Source: a virus (taxonomy: Duplodnaviria > Caudoviricetes). Taken from it: a stretch of 64,000 bases of DNA. How positions within the stretch are numbered: position 1 is the first letter of the stretch; the number at the start of each line of letters is the position of its first letter. The stretch lies in the IMG/VR virus record IMGVR_UViG_3300037067_015270, positions 1-64,000 of that record. One strand, 5' to 3'. Under the pieces are notes generated by a model. It was given only the letters and a program-made list of their open reading frames with translations. It ran no database searches and was not told where the DNA came from. The translations under genes were made by a program, and so were the position numbers. Of the stretch, positions 51,226 to 61,972 are shown one piece after another.

Positions 51226-51525
51226 ATGAACCGACGCAGCCTATTTAAATCTGCCGTAGCCGGGCTAGCTACTTTAACAGTACCGCAAATGACCCAACCA
51301 GAAACTCCTGAATCAGAAATGGTCTACAGACCAATCTGGCGTCTAGAGAACGGCACTTACGTAAGAGTTCGCATGCGTGATCTGAAGCCGAATGACATCG
51401 TCAAGGTCGTCTTCGACACCACCGGTGCCCCGGTAATCAACAAGTATGTCGTCATATCGACACCAAATCAGATAGACGACCTTGATGGTCATGAGAATTG
51501 GGCTGTAGGTCTGAAAATGGTCTAA
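51226..51525 (+). CDS. small protein with twin-arginine-like signal
   Basis: MNRRSLFKSAVAGLATL after a GAGGA RBS. Confidence 0.6.
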   Translation: MNRRSLFKSAVAGLATLTVPQMTQPETPESEMVYRPIWRLENGTYVRVRMRDLKPNDIVKVVFDTTGAPVINKYVVISTPNQIDDLDGHENWAVGLKMV

Positions 51526-51935
51526 TATCGGCGCTTGGCTCTCTCTATTAAATCAAGCACATTTCTATACAACTTTAGACCTTTCATCTCTTTGATAGTG
51601 AAAAATCCTAAAGAAGCGAATTCGTGATTCGGCTTCAATGTCTTGAAATCAGTAGTATTAGTACTACAAGGCACAAAAGCGACAAAACCCTTCCGCTTAT
51701 CTTTAATAGGCCCAGAAATAGACCGGCATTTAACACCTGTCTCTTCTCTAGTCTCTCTAACAGCTGCTTTTTCTGGCGTCTCGCCGGATTTAATACCACC
51801 TCCTGGAAAGACCCAAAGTCCATTTCGGTCATCATCTGATTTCGACAGTCCCAATAGCCATTTATTGTGACATCGGACTATACCGACAGCAGCCGTAAAT
51901 TCTTCCAATCCCTCAGTCAACAGTCTAAGTTTCAT
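51522..51935 (-). CDS. NUDIX hydrolase
   Basis: GGGIKSGETPEKAAVRETREETG Nudix box. Confidence 0.9.
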   Translation of the reverse strand: MKLRLLTEGLEEFTAAVGIVRCHNKWLLGLSKSDDDRNGLWVFPGGGIKSGETPEKAAVRETREETGVKCRSISGPIKDKRKGFVAFVPCSTNTTDFKTLKPNHEFASLGFFTIKEMKGLKLYRNVLDLIERAKRRY

Positions 51936-51937
51936 AT

Positions 51938-52249
51938 TTATTGCGATTTCTTTAAGATTGTGATGTCAAATATTTCAGACCGTGGGTACGGAACTCCATC
52001 AATAACTACAAATTCATAGACAAGTGGTGCAGACATAGCACCGGTGTCATAAATCCCACGTAATTCTATAGTTATAGTTGTATTGTCAGATATCTGTAAA
52101 CCAGTTACCTTAGTTTGTCCGATGTCAGAGGCGTTTATTGTCCTAAATAATACTCCATCAACTAAAACTTGCATTTCGCGAGTAATAATATCAGATTTTT
52201 TGAGAGAATCAGGAATAACTATTATTAAGTCGATTTTTCCATTCATCAT
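51938..52249 (-). CDS. hypothetical beta-rich protein
   Basis: ORF of ~103 aa with GGAG RBS. Confidence 0.55.
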   Translation of the reverse strand: MMNGKIDLIIVIPDSLKKSDIITREMQVLVDGVLFRTINASDIGQTKVTGLQISDNTTITIELRGIYDTGAMSAPLVYEFVVIDGVPYPRSEIFDITILKKSQ

Positions 52250-52342
52250 TATCTCCAATGAATAGTATCTATATAGTCAGCCATCATTATATTTTTGAAA
52301 GATAGACTCTCTAACTAGTCAAAATTATTATTGGAGTAAGCA

Positions 52343-53755
52343 ATGGTTCCATTAAATCTAGTGAAAAGTAAAAAGCGTAAATCTAAAAAAGAGACTCCAT
52401 GGGAGCCAGAGTATCGCACAGCAAAGCGTGATCTAAGCAGCGTAATAAGTGCGAATGAGCCCGGACTTCCAGGAATACACAGTGTAAAGAAAACATCAAC
52501 CTTACCCAAGGAATTATCCTGGGGCCACATGCGAGAGGACAAAATAATGGCATCTCAAACCATAGAAAACAAATTAAATAAAGCTCTTGAACCATTAATA
52601 ACTAACGCTAGATTTAACGATGATAATACTCAAATCGCGCTAGAAGAGATGATGCGCATTACAGCGTCCCCAAGACGATTTGATGATAAGAATCAATTTT
52701 CACAATTTCTTACAGAAGGTGTTGTGTTAAATATCAATAGATTAGTATCACAAAGTATAGGAATTCCACAGGGCGAATATGTCTTATATAATATTACAGC
52801 AGAAAAAGCTATGCTCGTCCCAACAGCCGAAGTCACTGTCCAAGAAACTGATTTCACTAAGTCGCCAAAAATATTCGAAATCCACACCAAAAAATTGCTT
52901 GGTTGCTGGAATAAGATCGAAGGCACAATAACAGAAGATGAGAATATCGAGCAGACAAATAGACCACCAAAACGCTTTGGTCGCAAAGAAATAGAGCAAA
53001 CAGCTAAATCAAAATATCAGAGCGTACCAGAGGTTGTGTCAGCCCTTGAAAAGGCAGGCAAAACACAGGAAGAGGTAGCAGATGAAATTGGTGTTCATCC
53101 ATCTACAGTTAGCAGATATAAACGTGCTACTAGTAAAAAGGGTGGTCGTATCCCAAGTCTCGGTGCCGCCTTAAAGCTTGCTGATGCTACTGGCGGTGAT
53201 ATTGAAGCCATGTTTGGCAATGTTGAGCAGCCAACAAAACATAGAGCCACGAGCGGTAGTGGCGGTGGCCATAATCCTACATTTAGACAAGGTAATGTAG
53301 GTGAATCAATAGTGCGCGAATCGACAAATGACCAAGAATTCTCAATCGAACGCGCAGAAGCTGCGGTAGCTCGTGCAGAAGCAGCTGCGGCTTCTGCGGG
53401 TAGATGGCATCAAGGAAGCGGAATTCACGCCGATGAAATGCTTGGTCTAGCAGAAACGCATGCTGAATTAGCAATGTCGGCGGATGCAATGATCGCAGCA
53501 CAGCATGCCGACGCCGCAGAGAAAGCCGCAGTTGCAGCGGAAGCTGAAGCAGAATTCTTACGTGATTGCAGTGGTGAAGGCTTTGGTGACGAAGCTTATG
53601 AATCATGGAAACAATCAAAATCAGGAATAGCCACACAAATTGCCATAGAAGCGAGTAGAGCATTAGGTGTAGATATGTCAGATTTTGATGATATTGATGA
53701 CGAGTCAGATTTTGATGATATTGATGACGAGTCAGATTTTGATGACTTAATATAA
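52343..53755 (+). CDS. XRE-type HTH-containing protein with Ala-rich and acidic tail
   Basis: GKTQEEVADEIGVHPSTVSRYKR...PSLGAALKLADA; tandem 27-nt repeat (SDFDDIDDE) at ~53678-53745. Confidence 0.7.
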   Translation: MVPLNLVKSKKRKSKKETPWEPEYRTAKRDLSSVISANEPGLPGIHSVKKTSTLPKELSWGHMREDKIMASQTIENKLNKALEPLITNARFNDDNTQIALEEMMRITASPRRFDDKNQFSQFLTEGVVLNINRLVSQSIGIPQGEYVLYNITAEKAMLVPTAEVTVQETDFTKSPKIFEIHTKKLLGCWNKIEGTITEDENIEQTNRPPKRFGRKEIEQTAKSKYQSVPEVVSALEKAGKTQEEVADEIGVHPSTVSRYKRATSKKGGRIPSLGAALKLADATGGDIEAMFGNVEQPTKHRATSGSGGGHNPTFRQGNVGESIVRESTNDQEFSIERAEAAVARAEAAAASAGRWHQGSGIHADEMLGLAETHAELAMSADAMIAAQHADAAEKAAVAAEAEAEFLRDCSGEGFGDEAYESWKQSKSGIATQIAIEASRALGVDMSDFDDIDDESDFDDIDDESDFDDLI

Positions 53756-53832
53756 GCGATCTGACAAACTCATATCAAATATACTGGTTCTAATTACTTA
53801 ATTTTGCATCCGAATAGTAAATAATATATTTC

Positions 53833-54276
53833 GTGCAACAACCGGAGTATATTATGTATATAGAGCCAGTACCAATTGGCGGCACTTACGATAAATCTTG
53901 CACTGTCTTCGAAATCAAATTATACGACCACCTCAATCACATAAATCCAACTGACTTTGGGTTATCGGATATACCGAGTCTTAATCCAGAAATGTACTAT
54001 GTTACGAGTGGTGATGCAATATGTAAAACAATACAACTACAAAAAGACTTGTGGATATTAATCGGCAAAATACGACAGATAGCTAACAAAAAATCGACTA
54101 AAAAACTATCTGCATATCTCAAAGCCCTCTATAGCTGTGCCTCGAAATCCCAGGTACTTATCAACAAGCTAAAAATAGCAAAAGGTGATGCAGTTTTTCT
54201 TGAAACAGAGTGGCGAGATAGATGCGTGATATGCGTTGCGAAGAATCCGCGCCCCAAATTAAAGAATATAGAATAA
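53833..54276 (+). CDS. hypothetical protein
   Basis: 147-aa ORF. Confidence 0.55.
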   Translation: MQQPEYIMYIEPVPIGGTYDKSCTVFEIKLYDHLNHINPTDFGLSDIPSLNPEMYYVTSGDAICKTIQLQKDLWILIGKIRQIANKKSTKKLSAYLKALYSCASKSQVLINKLKIAKGDAVFLETEWRDRCVICVAKNPRPKLKNIE

Positions 54277-54483
54277 AGATATACTATGAAGTTGTGCGAG
54301 AACAATCTCGAAAGCGACGAATCTAATAATCGCAGTGCTAACGATCTTGATAAAGAACTAGAGAAATTGCTTATTGATTTAGACAGATTACGTATTCTGC
54401 ACAATCAATCTGTCGATATATAGAATAAAACATCTTTGCGAGTGTATTTAATGGATATACATCAACGAACCTAGGGAAATAAA

Positions 54484-55197
54484 ATGCATCAAGGATTATA
54501 TATCGTTTTCGAGGGCATGGACTATAGTGGTAAGTCTACTCTTGCTCATATGGTTATGGAGGAATTGCGAAATATAGAACCAAATTGTGTTCTAACCAGC
54601 CATCCTGGTGCAACTCCGCTCGGCAAGCATATCCGCAAATTGGTAAAAACACCAGAAGCATTCAACATTCCTGGTGAAGAACCAATCGCCGTCGATAGTA
54701 TGTCAGCACAAATGATGATGATGGTTGACCACAGTTGCTTCGTCAATACGAAGCTGATACCTCATCTTGAGGAAGGTGGTACAATGCTCGCAGACCGTTC
54801 AAACTACATCAGTTGCATCGTGTATGGTGTGGCCGAAGGTTTGAAATTGACAGAAATTAATAAATTACTTGGTCTTGTGCAATCACCTGTTCCAGATAGA
54901 GTGTTTATCATTTCAAATCGATGGGAAACGATTGTCGAGCGAATGAAAAAATCTGACAATCGTGCCAAAACAGATAGATTCGACAGTAATGTAGAGTTAC
55001 TGCGAAAGGTTGGCGAATTGTACGATAATCTTCTTTCATTAAACCCAGAAGCACTAATAATGCTGTCAAGATATGTCCCGCTTGAACATATCAAGTATCT
55101 TAATGGCGACACACCAGCCATAGAAATGGCAAAATCAATAGTACAACAAATAGTGCGACTTTCCAACGAGAAGCTGGCGAATAGGCTCGCCCAGTAA
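54484..55197 (+). CDS. tmk: thymidylate kinase
   Basis: IVFEGMDYSGKST P-loop, HPG.TPLG..IR, DRS..S..VYG. Confidence 0.9.
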   Translation: MHQGLYIVFEGMDYSGKSTLAHMVMEELRNIEPNCVLTSHPGATPLGKHIRKLVKTPEAFNIPGEEPIAVDSMSAQMMMMVDHSCFVNTKLIPHLEEGGTMLADRSNYISCIVYGVAEGLKLTEINKLLGLVQSPVPDRVFIISNRWETIVERMKKSDNRAKTDRFDSNVELLRKVGELYDNLLSLNPEALIMLSRYVPLEHIKYLNGDTPAIEMAKSIVQQIVRLSNEKLANRLAQ

Positions 55198-55459
55198 GTC
55201 CACGTAAACGCTCCCTACGTTGTGCTTTCAGATGCATTAACTTTTCTGCTGCCAGAACTTCTTCCTCAGTAATTGGTTTAGCTTCTACAAAGCGTAGACC
55301 TTTACTGTGCAAATTGTGCCTTATCTTATTGAATTCTATATAGACATTATCTGGTCCTATCTTAACTACAAAAGTCTGTATTTTATCACTGTGGTCAACC
55401 GCAACACATCGCCACCAACGTAGTTGCGACACATCAAAATTATCATTCATATCGCTCAT
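55100..55459 (-). CDS. hypothetical protein with C-terminal TM helix
   Basis: ORF ending VALFVVLLILPFLWLV; start codon uncertain. Confidence 0.5.
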   Translation of the reverse strand: MSDMNDNFDVSQLRWWRCVAVDHSDKIQTFVVKIGPDNVYIEFNKIRHNLHSKGLRFVEAKPITEEEVLAAEKLMHLKAQRRERLRGLTGRAYSPASRWKVALFVVLLILPFLWLVCRH

Positions 55460-55475
55460 AGGAATTGAAATACAA

Positions 55476-55967
55476 ATGGACCCAACACTGGTATTTCCTC
55501 TCGCTGACAAAACAATAATGCATCAATGGCCTATTGATTACGTACGTCTTGAATATAAGTTAATACATAAAGATGCGCGAATACCATGCCGCAAAAGATT
55601 AACGGATGCGGGTTATGATGTCGCGTCGATTGAAGATGTTATTATAAAACCACATAATACAATGAACATCAAGACTGGGATTATTGTGGTGTGTCCGCCC
55701 GGTTTCTATATCACGATTGACGGAAGATCTGGGATGTGGACCAATGGCGTCACGCCTTTTCGTGCTATTATCGACGGCACATATACTGGAGAAATGATGG
55801 TACGGCTCATGAATATCTCAGATAAGGAATATCATGTCAAGAAATATGATAGAATAGCACAAATGATTATACATGAAGTTATTAATGCAGCTTTTGATGA
55901 AGTCAAGGAATTCAGTGCAGAATACAATCAAAGAGGAGAGGCAGGGTTTGGAAGCTCCGGTAGATAA
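55476..55967 (+). CDS. dut: trimeric dUTPase
   Basis: DAGYDV, GRSG, IIDGTYTGE, DRIAQ, RGEAGFGSSG. Confidence 0.95.
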   Translation: MDPTLVFPLADKTIMHQWPIDYVRLEYKLIHKDARIPCRKRLTDAGYDVASIEDVIIKPHNTMNIKTGIIVVCPPGFYITIDGRSGMWTNGVTPFRAIIDGTYTGEMMVRLMNISDKEYHVKKYDRIAQMIIHEVINAAFDEVKEFSAEYNQRGEAGFGSSGR

Positions 55968-56037
55968 ATATCCAAATCCCAACGTCCCAAAAAGTAATTG
56001 TATTGTGACTAACTAACAGAGCAAAATAATTAACATC

Positions 56038-56334
56038 ATGCTTGTAGTGATTTACGGTAAAGCAATAGATGATAAAGAATTAGGAATTTATATTGAGGGT
56101 GTGTTTTTTGGTGGTATAGCGAGCACCCCAGAAGAAGCAGACCAACTAGCAAAAGACTGTGTAAACCATACGATAGGAGGCGTGGCGATACCGAGAATAA
56201 TTCCAATCGGCAATAAAAATTTACATGAAATCTTCCGCGAAGCTAAAATTCGTTTCGATAAAATTGAAAGAGAGATGGTGGAAACGGAAGACATCTTATT
56301 AGCTAATCAGCAGCGATATAAAAACAAAAAATAG
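56038..56334 (+). CDS. hypothetical protein
   Basis: 98-aa ORF. Confidence 0.6.
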   Translation: MLVVIYGKAIDDKELGIYIEGVFFGGIASTPEEADQLAKDCVNHTIGGVAIPRIIPIGNKNLHEIFREAKIRFDKIEREMVETEDILLANQQRYKNKK

Positions 56335-56422
56335 CCTTTCCAGTTTCTCCTTTGTTTTCCTTTAAGTATTGATTATCTCAGCGTCTTTCTAGAGTGGTTT
56401 GAAAATAAGACGCAAAAAGATG

Positions 56423-56740
56423 CTACACAGACTTTCTAAGATACTTATAGTAGATAATCATCGTTAACCATATAGTATTGGCGACGGCTAATACGAATCC
56501 ACCGATAAAAGAAATAAATTGCCCGAGATATGAGTAATAATACAAATTCCAATATCCCCAAACAACGAAGAATGATATAGCAGGCCAAGAAATACCTTTT
56601 ACTGCTTTGTCTTTATAAAGAGTTTGAATATGCAAGAACACAAACCAACCACCAAGAAACTCAAACAATCCATTAATTATATCTGGCACTCTAGACTTTC
56701 CTATGACATATTGTCTGCTTAGTATAATACTCTGGATCAC
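56423..56740 (-). CDS. PQ-loop/SemiSWEET-like 3-TM membrane protein
   Basis: LYKDKAVKGISW...WG.WNLYYY; three hydrophobic helices; true start probably GTG ~56689. Confidence 0.55.
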   Translation of the reverse strand: MIQSIILSRQYVIGKSRVPDIINGLFEFLGGWFVFLHIQTLYKDKAVKGISWPAISFFVVWGYWNLYYYSYLGQFISFIGGFVLAVANTIWLTMIIYYKYLRKSV

Positions 56741-58211
56741 GCCATTTAGCTTTCATTGCACAGCTATGGCAGCGGTATGGAAGCTTCAGTGATTTTCTCT
56801 TAATGCGTTTCTTAGTACCGCACTCACATATCACATCGACATATTCTTCCATATTAGTGTCTATTCTTTTCGGCTTATTTTTATATATGCCGTTTTCCCA
56901 ACATTTCGAAATACTGCAAGAGTGGCATATATATGCGCCATGACGTTGTACAGATTTTGCTAATGCTTTCTTAGAAACGAGAAATTCGCAACCACATTTT
57001 GAACATACAGTGCTGAATTGTGTGATTTTCTCGACAACTTGCACATCTGTTTTACGCATCCAGAATATGAATCTATTTTTAGGTTCTGTGTCGACACGCG
57101 CCAAATTACGCTGTTCTGCATATTTTTTCTCTGTCAACCCAAATTTTCTAGAATAATCCCACACTACCTTTTTATGAATCAAACCCCCATTTACATCTCT
57201 ATAATAGTAACTAGGCTTTGTCTTTCCATCACAAATCCAGTTACTAGCTGTATAAATTGTACCATCATGCCCAAAATGTGTATCGGCAAAAGAAACAACC
57301 AATGATATTTCTGGTTTATTTATTTTAAGCATCTTCAAGCATCGACTTATTGTCCAGCTCGCCAAATTTTTAACGTGATATGAATCATGTAATACAAATC
57401 TGGATAATTCGACCACTTTAGATGCCGGAACACCATGTCTGTTAACGACCGAATTATAGCTTGGTTGCGCAAATATCGCAGCCCCGATTAATTTAATATT
57501 ATGATATAGCCCGATACATATCTTTGTGTTTTTACGAAAGTTCGGCAGATAATGATAACTGTTTAAAAATTCAATGGCTGTATCTTGCTTGATAATATCT
57601 AACCTCAACTCACTAAAATTCACATCTATTGTTTCGATTTCAATGCCAATAATTGATCGAATGATAGACGCAATACATCCCTTTGATATTGTATCGCATT
57701 CTTGTATATATCTTAATTGCAGATCTTGATAGTTATGCTCAATAAAAGACGCCTTTGATAAATCATTAGCAATATTATTTGGTAGTGAGTGCCAATACTC
57801 ACCTTGCACTTCTAATAATATTTTAAAATCAGGCAAATAAAAGTCGAATGTATAAGGACCAAAAACTTGTTGTTTTATGAATCTTACTTTGATCGAATCC
57901 AATACTGCTGCTACCGCTAGCTCTGGCTTAGTATCATATTTTTTAATTTGTGCTGGTAGCTCACCAGATTTTCTTCTTTTAGCAACGTTTAAAGCATTTT
58001 CACGTGCTCTAGATTTATGCAACTCAGAATTAAAATATACGGAGCGTTTTGCTTTAGCTGAATCCGTTTGTAGCCTATCGACTTTCTTGGAAGCGGCCAC
58101 CATGGCTGGGGTGGGATTTTTACATCGTTCCTTGATATATCTAGATATTTTACAAGCTAAACAATCTGGATCAGACCCTTTTATGTGACCGTATTTACAA
58201 TACTTTGACAT
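56691..58211 (-). CDS. 506-aa Vsr/DUF559 endonuclease and Mom-like GNAT fusion with Zn ribbons
   Basis: DTKPE...YTFDFYL...LEVQGEYWH...ND..K; FLNSYHYL...ELSRF...SWTI...VVSFADTHFGHDGTIYTASNW; CxxC motifs. Confidence 0.75.
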   Translation of the reverse strand: MSKYCKYGHIKGSDPDCLACKISRYIKERCKNPTPAMVAASKKVDRLQTDSAKAKRSVYFNSELHKSRARENALNVAKRRKSGELPAQIKKYDTKPELAVAAVLDSIKVRFIKQQVFGPYTFDFYLPDFKILLEVQGEYWHSLPNNIANDLSKASFIEHNYQDLQLRYIQECDTISKGCIASIIRSIIGIEIETIDVNFSELRLDIIKQDTAIEFLNSYHYLPNFRKNTKICIGLYHNIKLIGAAIFAQPSYNSVVNRHGVPASKVVELSRFVLHDSYHVKNLASWTISRCLKMLKINKPEISLVVSFADTHFGHDGTIYTASNWICDGKTKPSYYYRDVNGGLIHKKVVWDYSRKFGLTEKKYAEQRNLARVDTEPKNRFIFWMRKTDVQVVEKITQFSTVCSKCGCEFLVSKKALAKSVQRHGAYICHSCSISKCWENGIYKNKPKRIDTNMEEYVDVICECGTKKRIKRKSLKLPYRCHSCAMKAKWRDPEYYTKQTICHRKV

Positions 58212-58247
58212 GGTGAGTTTTATCTTTATTTACTCACCGCTAATTCT

Positions 58248-60677
58248 CTACGCTAATTCCAATTGCCCGTGTTGGTATTCTGAGTATGCTCTGTCATATC
58301 CTCGAAGAACAATACGGCGCAATTTGCATCCTGGGAACATACGCATGCCGAATTTTCCCATAGGTGTTTCTCTAGTAATCGGAAAATACGGAGTAGAAAT
58401 TGCGACTGGTGTAGGTAGTATTCCGCTAGCATCAGTACTTGGTGGAATCAATAAACCATTCCACCATATCCAGACCTGACTACCGCGTTGCATAATTTCT
58501 AATTCATTCCAATATTCAACATTACCAGTCGTATCGGGCGACAAACCATATCCACCATCATAAACGATGAAACCGGGTACATTTACCACTGGTAGTGTTC
58601 CACTACCATTATAAGTGGCGTCTTGAATATATGTGCCGCTTACTGCATATCCAGCAGCAAGACCACGCACAAAATCGTCATCAGATGATATTGTTGCCCC
58701 TTCATAGTCAATACCAACGTCAAGAGTGCCGACCTTGAAGTACAATTCAACTTTACCATCGGACGTCAAGTTGAAATTAAGCCTTACACAAGGACAGCTA
58801 TATTCTTGATGAAGAATTTGTGCTATCTCAGTAACGAGCCCAACAAATGGAGTTGACCCTATGAGTGCTACTACGTCTTCGGCGTGCAACGAGCACATCG
58901 CCTTATAATCAAAATGCCAAGTAGTACCAGCATTCAAACCAGTAAGCAATCTCAGTGTACCATTTTGTGGCAATTCTTGAAAACTAGATCCACGCAGAAG
59001 AACATAATATCCAGTACCACTAGCGAGCGGACCGGTTTCAACAACATTCAAAAAATACTCTTCATTACTATCGATCGGTGCATTTAGTAATATATCATAT
59101 GGTGGATAGACACCCGTTTCTGATGGTCTACCCATTTCAATATTAGCTAAACAAGAAGATCCGATATGTCTGTTCCAAAGACATACAGGCCGCTGTCGAT
59201 AGCTATCTGTCGATGACTGCCTATCGACACGTAAACCTGGAAGAGTAATATCAATATTGGCGATATACTGGTCGTTGACATCGAATATCATGATCTCCGA
59301 GCCAGAAGTTCCACCAGATGCCGTATCTGTAGTTTCAGTTAATAGATATGGTGGATCGATGCCTGTCATACCCCATATTTTATGTTCGAAATTACGAACA
59401 TCATTAACTAATTCATAATCAAAAGTCGCCGTTGGCGTTGTTGGTTCAGTTCTGGCAGTTAACTGGGTACCAAATTCAACACCACCAACCTCAGACCAAA
59501 CATTTGCTGCATCTAAACTCGGTTTGCAATTGAAAACATATTGACGAATCGGTACATCGTTCACTGATCCGACTTGGAAAAACCACATATCAACAATTGT
59601 ACCGACCGGTAAGACTCCAATCGTCTTGTCTAGTACTAATGCTTTACTATTCACACCACCTTCGGGATAGCTATATTGCCAAACGTTTGTCGCAGTGAAT
59701 GACGTATTATCTGCGACAGTAGCGCCATGTACATCCCACCATTTACAAACATATTGATTGGTTGATAGTACCTGAGTAGTGTAGTCTGTGATAACAGCAG
59801 AGCGTTTTGTTAATAGATTACCATTATAAAGCAGTCCACCCAAAATCCCTGGGGTTGCTTCCATATCGAGATCAAAGCGAATCTGATCTCCATTGCTATC
59901 ACTTCCCATAAACCATACACATTCGGGAGTAGCACCAGCGCCGGGCGTAAATGCCCATCCAACATTAGTTTGTGTATTATTAGAAGTTGCACGTTTCAAT
60001 ACCAGCTCAAATTCACCGACGCCAGGAGCAACGGAATCATCATAACGCTTAAAAATCAATGAAGGATATGAAGTTTTCTTGTTAAGTGACGTAGCTGGAT
60101 CAGATGTGTCTACAATCATAGATTCTGGCATAAGGTAGACCTTCATCTCACCATATGTGCTTGTTCCTGGTAATTTCCCAGCACATGATGGTGGTCTAAT
60201 AGATGACGTCTCTGTTTCATCCTGAACCCAGTAAATTGAAGCACAAGTTTCGACGTTGCAACTTAATGGAATTGGTGAATCTACAGTCCACCGAATAACA
60301 TTACCGAATCTCTCAATGGAGACGAATTCACTACCCGCAGCTAAAATAACGTCACCCTGTAGCCAGCCACCATCGTCAGGGAAGCCTCCACCCTGAAACC
60401 CAACAATGCCTAGTCTCATCTGTGTAAGTGCATCAAGCTTACATTTGTCATCTGCTGCCATCAAGCCCATCGTATCGCATGTAGCGACAGGGACGGGGTC
60501 AGATGAGATGTGGCTAGTACCGTGAATACCTATTTGGCTGATTTGGCTATCGCGACCCCACAAAGATCGTGTCTCAGCGTCATAAGCGAATCCGCTAATA
60601 ATATCGTCAGGACCGCTAACCTGTATCCATTGTTTATCGACTAACGATGAATGCAGGGGTATTTTTGTCAATGGCAT
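58248..60677 (-). CDS. 809-aa putative virion structural protein
   Basis: HGTSH...DPVPVAT....GLMAADDKCKLD (fibre-type motif); CAAAGATA upstream. Confidence 0.65.
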   Translation of the reverse strand: MPLTKIPLHSSLVDKQWIQVSGPDDIISGFAYDAETRSLWGRDSQISQIGIHGTSHISSDPVPVATCDTMGLMAADDKCKLDALTQMRLGIVGFQGGGFPDDGGWLQGDVILAAGSEFVSIERFGNVIRWTVDSPIPLSCNVETCASIYWVQDETETSSIRPPSCAGKLPGTSTYGEMKVYLMPESMIVDTSDPATSLNKKTSYPSLIFKRYDDSVAPGVGEFELVLKRATSNNTQTNVGWAFTPGAGATPECVWFMGSDSNGDQIRFDLDMEATPGILGGLLYNGNLLTKRSAVITDYTTQVLSTNQYVCKWWDVHGATVADNTSFTATNVWQYSYPEGGVNSKALVLDKTIGVLPVGTIVDMWFFQVGSVNDVPIRQYVFNCKPSLDAANVWSEVGGVEFGTQLTARTEPTTPTATFDYELVNDVRNFEHKIWGMTGIDPPYLLTETTDTASGGTSGSEIMIFDVNDQYIANIDITLPGLRVDRQSSTDSYRQRPVCLWNRHIGSSCLANIEMGRPSETGVYPPYDILLNAPIDSNEEYFLNVVETGPLASGTGYYVLLRGSSFQELPQNGTLRLLTGLNAGTTWHFDYKAMCSLHAEDVVALIGSTPFVGLVTEIAQILHQEYSCPCVRLNFNLTSDGKVELYFKVGTLDVGIDYEGATISSDDDFVRGLAAGYAVSGTYIQDATYNGSGTLPVVNVPGFIVYDGGYGLSPDTTGNVEYWNELEIMQRGSQVWIWWNGLLIPPSTDASGILPTPVAISTPYFPITRETPMGKFGMRMFPGCKLRRIVLRGYDRAYSEYQHGQLELA

Positions 60678-60721
60678 GCTTGTATCTCCAAAATTTCATT
60701 TGTATCTTTGGATGGTGGCGA

Positions 60722-61972
60722 TTATTCTTCGGGCCAAGGCTTTCCACAGCGATTGCAAATACCATCATCCCCACGTTCTAACCTTGCTCCACAATGAGGA
60801 CAACATTCCTCTGGATGCTCTGGATCATAACTTGGATCTTTCTTTCTGGATTCAAGTAATACATTCTTCACAGCATGTTTTCTAAAATCCGCAACAGCCT
60901 CCCTAATAACATCATCAGAGCAATCTGATTTTACGACCAACTCATTACCTACAGCTTCAAACAAAACTGTATGATCATAATCCCAACCAGCATCAAAGAG
61001 CATCTCTGCATGATTTATGGCTGAATCGATAATGAATTGCTTCGAAAAAATGTCATAAATTGCCAATAATGGATGTTTGTTTGATTCGATAAGCAATTGT
61101 TTGCCGACCGTGTGATGTTTAATATATGAGTCTGTAGAGTCCCAGATATAACCTATTTCTGGTGAATAATTATACCCCTCATATCCCAAATCATCTAAAT
61201 GATATTCAGGGCCATAGTCGCCAGTTCTACGCCGACGTCTATCCTCTGGTTTCTCGGGCTCTTCTGGTTCCTCGGGCTCAGGCCGTCTGGATAATTCAGC
61301 TTGTCTACGAAGCTCCTTCGAGATTTCCAACTGACGCTCCATCTCTTTGAGCTTCTTCCTATCCCTTACATATCTAGCTGCTTTCGCCTTCTTCGCTGCT
61401 TTGCTACCAGCTATTCCGACTCTTTCAGGAGAAGTTCGTCGCCTCTGTTTTTCTGGCTCATAAAGACGACGTTTGAGTCTCCATGCCTCCCTATCTAAAT
61501 CATCAACACGCTCATCCGTGTCTTTTTCTGGCTCTATAGTTTTTGTCGCCTTGCTAATATCTGATGTCGTCTTGACCTTTTCATCTTTCGAACTTGGTTT
61601 TGTTTTGATATATGAATCTAGCTCATTATGTTCTATGCCTTTTATATATCTAGAATCATATGTCCTATAGAACATAGCAATATCTGGTAAGATAGATTTC
61701 AGATATCTGTATCGTGCACGTAAACTATCTCTACTAAATATTCTCTTTGACGCTTTGCGTAGTTTAAGTAGCTGACCGCTTGAAAGATAATTTAAGTTTA
61801 CGCCAGCAAGCAAATTATTTCTGGTTGTTGGGTTTTTCCATGTGCCAAGAACCAATACATCTGGGTGGCTATCAGTGTCATAATTTAAATAACCGAAACT
61901 ATCCCTAGGAAACTTATTCTTGCCTAGTCGCTTGCTACCAGTTTTTCTTAACTTACGCTCAAATAATTTCAT
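60722..61972 (-). CDS. 416-aa protein; N-terminus resembles T4 gp2 DNA end protector
   Basis: D.HP.VLVLG...LAGVNLNYL...FYRTY; C-terminal CPHCG..CNRCG ribbon. Confidence 0.5.
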   Translation of the reverse strand: MKLFERKLRKTGSKRLGKNKFPRDSFGYLNYDTDSHPDVLVLGTWKNPTTRNNLLAGVNLNYLSSGQLLKLRKASKRIFSRDSLRARYRYLKSILPDIAMFYRTYDSRYIKGIEHNELDSYIKTKPSSKDEKVKTTSDISKATKTIEPEKDTDERVDDLDREAWRLKRRLYEPEKQRRRTSPERVGIAGSKAAKKAKAARYVRDRKKLKEMERQLEISKELRRQAELSRRPEPEEPEEPEKPEDRRRRRTGDYGPEYHLDDLGYEGYNYSPEIGYIWDSTDSYIKHHTVGKQLLIESNKHPLLAIYDIFSKQFIIDSAINHAEMLFDAGWDYDHTVLFEAVGNELVVKSDCSDDVIREAVADFRKHAVKNVLLESRKKDPSYDPEHPEECCPHCGARLERGDDGICNRCGKPWPEE

